Source of the DNA: Mobula birostris
Lineage: Eukaryota
Assembly: GCF_030028105.1 (NCBI RefSeq)
Contig: NC_092370.1
Location: 187,904,005-187,968,004, forward strand
DNA length: 64,000 bases
Direction: 5' to 3'
The notes beneath the pieces are model-generated. The model searched no databases. It was not told the DNA's origin and saw only the letters and a program-made list of their open reading frames with translations. Position numbers and translations under genes: made by a program. Shown one piece after another: positions 36,401 to 48,400 of the stretch (position 1 is its first letter; every line of letters begins with the position of its first letter).

Positions 36401-39400
36401 TTGGATTTCAGGTGGCTCTGAGAAGATCACTTGTATCTCCATTCCAGGAATCTAATTCCGGGCAAGCAAAGTATATTTCCATATCAATAGATTTGACTAA
36501 GTGTGATTAGATTCTCAAAGCTAGGGATTTTGTCTAGGACGGAACACTGTTAAGTTGCCTTTGCATTTGGCATATTTAGAGACTATTTGGTAGCATTTCT
36601 CTAGTTGTAGGTAGAACAAGACCCAAAATAGATAGAAAGGCAGGCATGACATTCTTTGGTTCATGACCAACAGTAATATTTGTTTAGTATGGAATGACAT
36701 ACAGATCATAAATAGGTACAATGATGGTTAATAAAAGAAATCTTCAAGATGTTATTATATTATTGTTGAGTGCAAGAGCTAGGGAAAAAGTTCAGGTATT
36801 TTGATGAGCAACTCGCCTCGACTTTTTTTTTAAAAAAGTACACAATTTGCAGCAACACACTACATACTCAAGATCTTGTGGAAGTCCAGCTTCTTGGACT
36901 TATGATAATGACATCACTAAACCTGTATTTTAGAATTCTCCGTCTAACAATAACATAGAAACAACAGTGTAAGTAATACTCTGTCATGAAGTCTATTAAA
37001 GATAGCAAGAGTGTCAGTAGCATATCCCGGGTCCCAATGTAAATTTATCTATACTTGAATCCACCCATAAGCAAACTTTCACTAATCATTATCTTACTTG
37101 CACAAAGATCTAGTTTTACAATTCAAAATAATTACCTAGACTCACACCATCTGGAAACTCATCCTGGAGGTCAAATAGCTCTCCAAATGCATGCAAAAAC
37201 TCTAGAACCATCAATGCATCACCAAACAGTTCTGATGGTAATCTAGTCTTCACAGGTGTTGGAGAAGGAAGTTCCTATGGATTAAAAAATATTGACAATG
37301 GATATTATGCAATATTCATTCAAAAACAATTACAAATTATTTTAATATTGCGAACATTTATCAAAGTAAGAGTTCTTAGTGCATGTGCAAGTAAACAGAT
37401 CAGATGGTTATCTAATCACATATCAATTTAAAACACTCCTTAGCATTTTTAGCATCTACAGCTCAGAATTTAGGATCATACATTAACATTAAACATTGTG
37501 AACTGTCAATATGAAAAACATCAGCTCAAGACAGTCAGCAGCAGTTTTGTGATTCTTGAAGTCAGGCATTTTAGATTTCTTATACAACCAGCCAATATAT
37601 TATCACTAGACCTTCAGATAGTTGCACATAAATTAGATAATGCAAACAGAAAATTAGTAACGACAGAGGTACTGAGATAATGTATAGTACATTATTGGAG
37701 TGCTCACAGATGCAGGAGAGAGTGCCATTTTCTAATCCAGATGCTAACTAATTTAAGTGTTTGCTGTGACATGCACGCGCAGCATATTCCATGTGGATTT
37801 CCTGTGCAACTGCTTCTAGTTAAATCAAAGCACATGGTCTCTTAGTTATACCATCTTTGTACAGCAAATTGATCTTTATCCAGTTTCTCTTCTGTACCCT
37901 TCTCGTCTCCTTTCCTTGAGAGATGTCATGATACAGAACCAATCTCTGAGCATCTAGAGTGGGGAAACTGCAGTTTAAAATTCAACTGGCTTCTTCTCAT
38001 TATTGCCTCATTGAGTCATATGCCCATTACTCTAGGTTCCCAGTTTGCAGATCCATTCCATTTAACTCTCTGCAGTACATCCATCTAACACAATCACAAA
38101 CCACTATGTTGATAGGCCTATTCTTGATACATCAGTCTGGCATTTCATACCCAACCAATGCTTCTTCGTCCCCTTACCCTCAGCCAATTCTACTCATTCA
38201 ACCTTTATATTACCCACGAAGTGCACTGAAGCAAATCGCCAAATCTCAGCACAGGACAAGGACAAGATCAACGGGTCCATGGAAATACAACCACTTTAGG
38301 AGACCCCTTCAATTCGCACAAAACCCTGTATTGTTGCTAATCACTGATTACTGTATCTTTGGTTGAAATCCTTGAACTTTGTACTTAAAAGATTCAAGCG
38401 ATTAGATCAATTTATCAATTGCAATTATGGACGCATTATAGACATCCTACCCCGCAAAAACTCATTTCAGGGAGATAGCACCCCCCCCCCCGCCCCAGTC
38501 GACCTCCAAGGGTGAATGTAATACTTTGTTTAGTGATTTTTGTCTAATCTGTAAACAAAGTTGGGTATATGCAGAAAATGTGACATTAAAATATGTACTT
38601 ATATTATCATGGAGTCATTTTTTTAAAATTCTATTACAACTTTAAGCAAGTCTACAGGGAGTTGACCTCATCACGTAGGACATCAAGAGTAGCTCCTTAG
38701 CAGCTAGCCAGCTAGTTTAAATAACGTCAGCTATGCTAATGAATGAATGACACCTGTTAAACTCACCTCAACATGTCTTTTACATTTAAACCCACCATGG
38801 GCAATAGAAAAGTCACTGTTGCAAACGGTGCAGTGAGCAACACTGTCATTATTTTTTGAGGTTGACTGTAAAACTCGCCCACAGAGAAAATTGATAGGTC
38901 TACTTTAGCACGAAGAGAGACCAATCAGGATGCTCGTTCTCACTCTTCTTCTTAAAAAAAAACAAAAATCGATTTCTGGGATATTGTATGTAATTTGCAG
39001 GCGTCAGGGAGCTGCCATCAACATGCGGGAGACTCCCAGAACTTCCGGGAGAGGTGGAATGGCTGGCATTAAAAAATGTTTTGCTTGCTCTGCCCACGGC
39101 CATTGAAAAAGCAATACTTTCAAGAGGAGGGGAATAATGAACCGTACAGAAAATAAATAAAAATGGTCGTATAAAAAGGAAGAATCAATTATGGCTATGG
39201 TTTTGACAGCAATTTTTGCAAATGTTATTACCAGATGCAATTTAAAAGATAGACCTGAGAAAATCATAACACAGGAAGAAAACGACGCAATAGAACATTA
39301 TGTGCCAAAACTGTTACGACAATTTCTAATGGCATGGCTCACGATTAGTCAGAAGAAACAGCATTTGAAGTGGCAGAAGTAAAAGTATACCACCATCTTG

Positions 39401-42400
39401 TGGAAGGACTCAAGAATTACATCCATTATTATCGCATTTTCTAAATGGCTGTTAATAACACACATGGATTTCAAGAAGTTATTCATAGAAAGTACATAAA
39501 CTTTAAAAACTGCACAGCTACCTTTAAGTCCTCACATTCCATATCTTCTCGGGGTTTATTCCATTCTTTAAGATATTCAGCATACTTTTTCTTTTCTTCT
39601 CGTAGTTTCTCTCTTTCCTGTTTTAAGGAGACTAAATTTTAATTATGCACACCTAAAATCAGTCTTCAATAATTACATAAGTGGAAATTAATTTTAATGG
39701 CAACATCTCTGGTGAAACAGAAGCCAAAATCAAGATAGTTAAGGTAAATTAAGAAAACTTCAGGTTTCAATTTCCTCTGATGATACAAAGGAATCAGCTG
39801 AGTGACATGTAGGTGGGAGGACAAGGGAAAAAGAAAGAATAGGCAGTTTAAAAATAGTTAAGATATAGGTGATAAAACCATGTGCAGTTTTGCAATAAGA
39901 GCATGTATCATTCAACTGAAAATAAATCAAGTCATAAGTAATGAATACACTATATTGAAAACTAGTCTGGATTTTAATTGAGTCAAACTATTATTCATTA
40001 CCTTCTCTTTCTCCAATTTTAAGCGTTCCTTTTCTTCTTTCCTTTTCATTTTCTCTTGTTCTAATATTTTCTTTAATTCTTCTTTTTTCTTTTCTTTGTC
40101 CTCTTTTTCTTTCTTTTTAGCTTCCAAAATCTCCTTTCTTTTCTTTAACTCATTTGCTAGTTCCTCCTCTTTCCTCCTTTTGGCTTTCAGAGGAATAAGA
40201 AATTAATTAATCAAGCTGGAAAGTATTCTGAAAATGCAAGTTAACAAAAACATAACTTTGGCAATAATCTTGACTATTTATGGAATGCACCAATTTTTAT
40301 TTTCCAGATTGTTTTTAACCCCACACTGAAGCTACTTAGCAGATTCTGACCCTTTTAAGTTCTCAAAAGATCTCAAATACAACAAACTAACTTTCTGAAA
40401 CACCTTTCCAATGTTTCTGGGCACTATTGTCCATGACAAGCTTACCAAACATTTCAATTGTTCAAAAGCATTATCACATGAAACAATGCTGTTTTCTTTA
40501 ATTGATCTATATTTTGTCTCTTCTGTCTCACTGTTACAAGTGCAACATTGCCAGCAAATAAACTGCAACACCTTCTCTTGTATACCATTATAATTTCCAA
40601 TTCTATACGCTTTTCAAATGATGCACTCAGATTAACATTCAAGCCCCACATCCATCAACCATGATTACCTATACTTGAATTTCAAGCATGTAGCAACTGC
40701 ATTAAGGCGGGAAAATGAAAATGGAACCCAAAAACTACACAAATAATCCCCTTTCCTTTTACAATCTGGCAATAAAAGGAAGCTTGGAAATTGACTGTCA
40801 TTGACTGCTCTTCAGGCTGGAAAACAAAACATGGTTTACCTAGTGCTCTCATTTCTTTTTGCCTGTGCAACTTTTCAATTTCTTGTGCAGGTTTGGTTTT
40901 GTGCCTCGATGCATCCTCCCCATCAGTAGCACTATCAGACCGTGACTAGAGAATAAAAGTAGGTTAGTCAGTATTTCAATATACTTAGTTATTTTCCTTC
41001 TTTTCACCACCCAGATTCCCACACCCTTTTCAAGTGCAACACAAACTTATCCATATCTCACACATTAATACAAATTTCACCATATATAATGTGGTTTTCT
41101 TTAAACTGGAAAGCAGCATTTTGGAGAATGCTTTCAGTGCATCAGGAAATATGACCTAAATGTTGATCAACTTCCCCGTTCCACTTCCATACTGACTTAA
41201 GTCCTCAGCCTGCCATGTTGACACAACATATAACTTGATAAACAGCATTTTATCTTCCAACCACCCTTCTGGACACAAAAACCACGTGCAATTTCAAAAA
41301 TGATTATGTTGCCACTTACACCCTAGAAGGAAGTCTGAGAATCAGAGCGGGAGTGCGGAGGAAGCCATTTTTGAATCCCCCCCCCCCCCCACAAATTGGC
41401 GTTCAGAGAGGCGGGACTGCGCAGGCGTGTGACGTCGGGCAGTAAAGCGTGGAAGATTTAAAAGGACAGAAATCCTGATTCGGGTGTAATTCAAAGAAGG
41501 AAGTCTGAGAATCGGAGTGGGAGTGCGGAGGAAGCCATTTTTGGATTTTTTGGGTTTTTTTTCGATCAGCGTTCAGAGAGGCAGGCTGCAGATTGAGCCG
41601 GGAGCAGAGTGAAGGCTTAAGGGCTTCAGCTCAACAGGGTCAGGCGGAACCGGGTGAGGTGAAGGAGGTTTGGTTATTCATTTTTTATTGTTATTTGAGG
41701 AGAGGGGAAGTATGAGTGTGAGGGCAGCTTGTTGTTCTCGGTGCCAGATGTGGGAGGTCGTGGAGTCTCCAAGTCTCCCGGACGTCCACACCTGCGCCAG
41801 GTGCGCCGAGATGCAGCTCCTAGGAGACTGCATTAGGGAACTGGAGCTGCAGCTCGATGACCTTCGTCTTGTCAGGGAGAGTGAGGAGTTGATGGAAAGG
41901 AGTTACAGGCAGGTGGTCACACTGGGGCCACAGGAGGCAGATAAGTGGGTCACGGCTAGGAGGGGGAAAAGGAAGAGTCAGGTAATAGAGAGTACCCTGG
42001 TGGCTGTGCCCTTTGACAATAGGTACTCCTGTTTGAGTACTGTTGGGGGGGACAGCTTACCTGGGGGAAGCAACAGTGGCTGTGCCTCTGGCACAGAGTC
42101 TGGCCCTGTAGCTCAGCAGGGTAGGGAAAGGAAGAGGAGGGCAGTAGTAATAGGGGACTCGATAGTAAGGGGGTCAGATAGGCAATTCTGTGTACGCAGT
42201 CGGGAGACCCGGATGGTAGCTTGCCTCCCTGGTGCCAGGGTCCGGGATATTTCTGATCGTGTTCAAGATATCCTGAAGTGGGAGGGAGAGAAGCCAGAGG
42301 TCGTGGTACATATAGGTGCCAATGACTTAGGTAGGAAAAGGGGAGAGGTCCTGAAAGGAGAATATAGGGAGTTAGGAAGGGAGTTGAGAAAAAGGACCGC

Positions 42401-45400
42401 AAAGGTAGTAATCTCGGGATTACTGCCTGTGCTACGCGACAGTGAGAGTAGGAATGCAATGAGGTGGAGGATAAATGCGTGGCTGAGGGATTGGAGCAAG
42501 GGGCAGGGATTCAAGTTTTTGGATCACTGGGACCTCTTTTGGCGCAGGTGTGACCTGTACAAAAAGGACGGGTTACACTTGAATCCTAGGGGGACCAATA
42601 TCCTGGCGGGTAGATTTGCGAGGGCTACTGAGGTGACTTTAAACTAGAATGGTTGGGGGGGTGGGAATCAAATTAAAGAGACTAGGAGAGAGGAGGTTAG
42701 TTCACAAATAGAGAAAGCTAGTAGACAGTGTGTGAGGGAGGATAAGCAGGGGACAGAGATCAGGAGCACTCAGACCAAAGATGTACAGGAGAAGGAAGAA
42801 AAAGATAACAAAGTTGTTTGCTCCATTAAGGATAAAAAGAGAGTAAGAGGTGGAGAGTTTCTTAAATGCATCCATTTTAATGCTAGAAGCATTGTAAGAA
42901 AGGTGGATGAGCTTAGAGCATGGATTGATACCTGGAAATATGATGTTGTAGCTATCAGTGAAACGTGGTTGCAGGAGGGGTGTGATTGGCAACTAAATAT
43001 CCCAGGATTTTGTTGCTTCAGGTGTGATAGAATAAGAGGGGCAAGAGGGGGAGGTGTTGCATTGCTTGTCAGAGAAAATATAACAGCGGTCCTCTGGCAG
43101 GATAGATTAGTGGACTCGTCCAGGGAGGCTATTTGGGTGGAATTGAGGAATAGGAAAGGTGTAGAGACACTTATAGACCACCTAATGGGGACCGAGAACT
43201 GGAGGAGCAAATTTGTAAGGAGATAGCAGATATTTGTAGTAAGCACAAGGTTGTGATTGTGGGAGATTTTAATTTTCTACACATAGACTGGGAAGCCCAT
43301 TCTGTTAAAGGGCTGGATGGTTTGGAGTTTGTCAAATGTGTGCAAGATAGTTTTTTGCAGCAATACATAGAGGTACCAACTAGAGAAAGGGCAGTGTTGG
43401 ATCTCCTGTTAGGGAATGAGATAGAGCAGGTGACAGAGGTATGTGTTGGGGAGCACTTCGGGTCCAGTGATCACAATACCATTAGTTTCAATATACAGGT
43501 GTCCCCCACTTTTCAAACATTCGCTTTACGAAACCTCAGTGTTATGAAAGACCTACATTAGTACCCTCTTTTCGCTTTCAGAAGGTGCTTTCACTGCTAC
43601 GAAAAAAATTCAGCGCGCGCCCCGAGCAGCCACTCTCCCTGGATTCGGAACGGCATTGCTTTAACACGTGCCTGTGAGCTGGATGGGAGACACCAGAGAG
43701 TAGTGGTGGATAACTGTGTGTCAGATTGGAGGACGGTGTGTAGCAGTGTGCCTCAGGGATCTGTACTGGGTTCAATGTTGTTTGTCATATATATTAATGA
43801 TCTGGATGAAGGGGTGGTAAATTGGATTAGTAAGTATGCAGATGATACTAAGATAGGTGGCGTTGTGGATAATGAAGTAGGTTTTCAAAGCCTGCAGAGA
43901 GACTTAGGCCAGTCAGAAGAGTGGGCTGAAAGATGGCGGATGGAGTTTAATGCTGAAAAATGTGAGGTGCTACATTTTGGTAGGACTAATCAAAACAGGA
44001 CATACATGGTAAATGGTAGGGCATTGAAGAATGCTGTAGAAAAGAGGGATCTAGGAATAATGGTGCATAGTTCCCTGAAGGTGGAATCTCATATGGATAG
44101 GGTGGTGAAGAAAGCTTTTGGTATGCTGGCCTTTATTAATCAGAGCATTGAGTATAGGACTTGGGATGTAATGTTGAAATTGTATAAGGCATTGTACTGA
44201 TATTTTAAACATTTCTAATGAGTTTTCAAAAAACTGATTTTGGCCCCTTCAGTGGTCTTAACGAAAGGTGACAGGATTTTCTACGGAAAAAAGTGAGTGG
44301 GATAAAAAGTGCATTTCTCAATTTTTATACCTACTCCTGAACAGCACACAAATTTGGAAACCAGAACAAGCAAATGTTATGATGGATAAAGAATGGTTGA
44401 TTGGAAAAAGACCATAAGAACAGAAGTAAAGTCATGCCTCCAATAGCTACAAACTGCTGTGCCCTTTTTCAACCAACCAGATAAGCTAAACAGGAATACA
44501 GAATCTCCTTACAGTCTTCCCTAACAAATGACAAAGACAGCTACAATCTATTCACAACTCTTACATCCATCAGTTTCATTTTTAAAAAAAAAATCAGCTA
44601 CCTACTTTTTGGGGTAGAGTGAAAGAAAGGGGAGGGAGGGAGGGATGCAGGGAGCCCAACTTCCAAACCAAAACACCCAATTACAGTAAAGTACAGCACA
44701 GGACAGATCATTGTTTATTACAACCAGGAAAAAAAGGTTAAGTTTGCACTAGAATCAAATTTTTGACGACAAAATTAATTTATGATTGATGAAAAATTTG
44801 ATCAGCTAATCAATATTAATTGCCAGGTAAATAGACAGTGCAAAGCATTTGACATACTAACAAAACAAAGTTAGGCAGGAAAGCGAGTTGACAGTTAGCA
44901 AAGGGGTAGTTTTACACCAGCTGAGTATATAAGAAGGTGGCAGATGGAATAATGAAGGCATTATGGGCAGATGTAGTTTGTAAATAGTGGATTCCAGTTA
45001 GTTGGACCACATCCGGGACCAGTACATTTTGGTCCAACTAAGCAGTTACCTCAATTAGCTGAAGCTCGTGGAAATAGTTAAAAAGGTATTAAAAAAAAAA
45101 GACAAACTAATTTTAAACTAGATAATAAATTGAATATTTAAATAACAAAAAACAAATTAGACTAGTAGAGTACAGTACTTTAATGTGTATATTAGTTACT
45201 AATAGTTATTGGAGGAATTCATCCAGTGTATACTGCTGTGTTCCTTTCACTGACTGTAAACAAACAAAACCAATGCAGATACCTAGTGCAGATAATGGAA
45301 CACCTTCATACAATGCTTTTGTTGATTGCTTTGTCCAAATCTTCATTTTCATTGTAACATTCAAGATAATCATCAATACCTTCAAATATTTTTATAGTTC

Positions 45401-48400
45401 CGAACCTGAAGTAGTGAAATTGTTTTCCTTTCATTCCCAGCCATTGCTGGCATATCCAAGCCTGAATACTTTAAACCACAGCGAACAAAACAGTTTCGAA
45501 TTATTTTATTGGTTACTTCTCACCAACTATTCATGACAATTATTTAAAAACTGTTCGCTCTCAGCATGGTGCAGTATTTAATGAAGCTAGTTAGAAACTT
45601 TTCTGCAACAGTCTCCAGTCTTAATTAAGCAGTACAGTGTCCCAAATAAAGGGAATCCCAGGTATTTTTCCCCCAATTAGTTTTTGCTCTTTAAAAGTTG
45701 TTCCAAATAAGCAGCTGCTCCGATTAACCAATGGGCCTATTAACTAGAATTCACTGTATTGATTAGTGGGGAGTCATTAAAAACAATATCAAACACTAAC
45801 TTCTACCGTAGCATAAAAAGACCAACAGGCTCCAGGACAGCTTCTTCTACCAGGCCATCAGACTGATTAATTCACACTGACACAATTGTATTTTTAAGCT
45901 ATATTGACTGTTCTGTTGTATATCTTACTATACACAATATTGATTACAAATTACTATAATTTGCACATTCAGACTGACATGCAACATAAGGATTTTTACA
46001 CCTCATGTGAAGGATGTAAGAAACAAAGTCAATTCAATTCACAGAAATGAATTTAAGATATAAAAATGTCAGTCTTAAATTTATATTCCACAATTAACTA
46101 TGCATGCTACTTAATTATCAAGCAATTTGGAAACACTTGACCAAAACTAAGAAAGAGTCCAGAGACAGAAAGGATCAGCAACCCTGACCAGACAGGGCTC
46201 AAAACCCAACTGAATATAGCAACAGTTATCTGCATCAAAGTCAGCACAAAGATAAGGATGAAGGACAACAGGTGGATAATCTGCAAAAAGTAGTCAGTCA
46301 AGACACAATATACGTGAAAACCAGAGCTCCTTATGCCACTGAGACACAAAGATCAGTAGGATACACTTTCAATTTTTGTCTCTGCACTTTGGAGTTTAAA
46401 CACCCAAAGAATTAGAATTAGTCTAAGAAATACATGAGAATTAAGGATCAAGGATCAATGGTCTAAGATGTGAGAAGATCGGCTATTACGTCTAGGGAGA
46501 TGAAAGAATGGGAGGCTATCTCCTGCAGATGATTTCATGAAGAGTATGGAACAGTAGACATCCCTGCAGTGAGTCAAAAGAGATGCTAACATTATTGCAA
46601 TTTATTCACCATCTTTGTTGACATCACTAAACCTTTTGAGGTTTGTTTGAGGTCCTATGGAAGGTCACTGCAAGGTTGTCCTGAAATACTGACAATTGTC
46701 CAACAACGTCATGACAAACAATGGCCAGAGTACTGGATGATTGAGTCTTCAGACCCAGTTCTGGTCACCAATGACATGAAACAAGCTTGCATGACAGCTT
46801 AAACATATGAAATCTCTACTTAGAATACTTCACATCAAGTGACAAAACAAGGTATCAGATAGATTCTGAACAATGCTCACCACAATATACACACTACAGA
46901 AAGAATCACAGATCAAATAGTCAGAAGAATGGCTGATGACAGAATATCAAAGAAACTACTTTACGGAGTACTGACTGAGAGCGAACAATCAAGTGGTAGA
47001 CAGAAAAAGATTCAAAGACTCTCTTGGAAGAATTTCAACACTGTCATATACCACTGAGAACAAGCAGCACTGGATTGCCCTTTTTGAATATCTGCATAAA
47101 AAAGTGCTTGCACATATGAGGAAAGTAGGAAAGAGAAAGCAAACCAGAAAAGGGAATCTCAGAAAACAATAACCATTGATGCTACAGCATCCCACACCTT
47201 TGTCATTTGTGTGAAAGGAGCTTCCAGGATCAGACTGCTCCAATCAGTCATCTTCATCGCAACACCGCAGACCAAATGTCATAGTCTTACTTGAGAAGGG
47301 ACCAACAAGATTTCTGGTACCAGACCAATTCCCAGGATAAAAGGACGATGACAGTCTAGGCTTAAAGGGCTATATGGCCTACTACAGCTAATTCTATGAA
47401 TTTATGATGGAGATTAACAGGGCAGATAACAGGAGGCTATTTCCTCCAAATAGATAATAAAGGGGTACAATTACAAAAGGATCTGCCATTTATTACTGAA
47501 ATTAGGACAAATATCTTTATACAGAGATACAAATCTTTGGCATCCCTCATCTCAAAGTTGCAAATACTTTGTCATTGAACGTAAAAAATCTGAGATCAAC
47601 AGACATCTAGGTTTAAAAATTGAATCAGATGGCTGTCTAGAAGCAGAGACACAAGATTAAGGCAGGGACCTTATGGTTTACCCCTGCTTCTGTAAATGTT
47701 CAATATTGTTTTAAGTCACTTGAAACCAGTTTGCACACAATTCCAATGTAAAATTCAATAGCATGAAATTTAAAAATCAGATAACCAAGCAAAAAATATA
47801 TTTTCAGAAACTACAGCAGCATCTTTAAATCCCAAATACTTCATTCAACAATGCAAAACGAGGAAATCTACAGATGCTGGAATTTCAAGCAACACATAAA
47901 AATTGCTGGTGAACACAGCAGGCCAGGCAGCATCTCTAGGAAGAGGTACAGTCAATGTTTCCGGCTGAGACCCTTCGTCCTAAGGTTCTTGATACTCACA
48001 TTTGTTAATGAAGAACAGTTCTTCGGAATCCTTACTCGCCCTTTGTTAGAACCCAAGGTAAATGTTGATAGATCATCCGGAAACAAATGTAAGAAGTTCT
48101 GCTCTGAAAGCTTGTATTTATCTATTGTTGTAGACTGAATAAAAGCAAAGACATTGGAATTAAATGTACCCATAAGCTGAACCATGTACAACACAAGCAA
48201 CCTTTTTCTCTCAACTGAATATAACCAAATGTATTTTAAATATGCTCTTAGTGAAAAGACATTTGAACTGGATTTTAGAAAAAGAATTTCTGGATAACAT
48301 AATTAATCCTCAAAACTTGGAATTGGTAAAGCATGCACAATATACTTATTGACAATCAAGGATGACCTAGCATGGTTAGGAACGAGAGATAAAGATCATT

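Larger units (their letters stand above)
41325..44197 (+). mobile_element. CR1 LINE with 5'UTR, intact ORF1 and internally deleted ORF2
   Basis: Tandem 5'UTR units at 41325 and 41495; ORF1; EN at 42732-43493; RT resumes at ~43680 (PQGSVLG, KYADD); 3'-truncated at ~44197. Confidence 0.93.

Noticed and set aside
41956-43368. Minus-strand ORFs opposite CR1 ORF1/ORF2 (also 22210-23652 and 50321-50885)
   Set aside because: Antisense shadows of LINE coding sequence.
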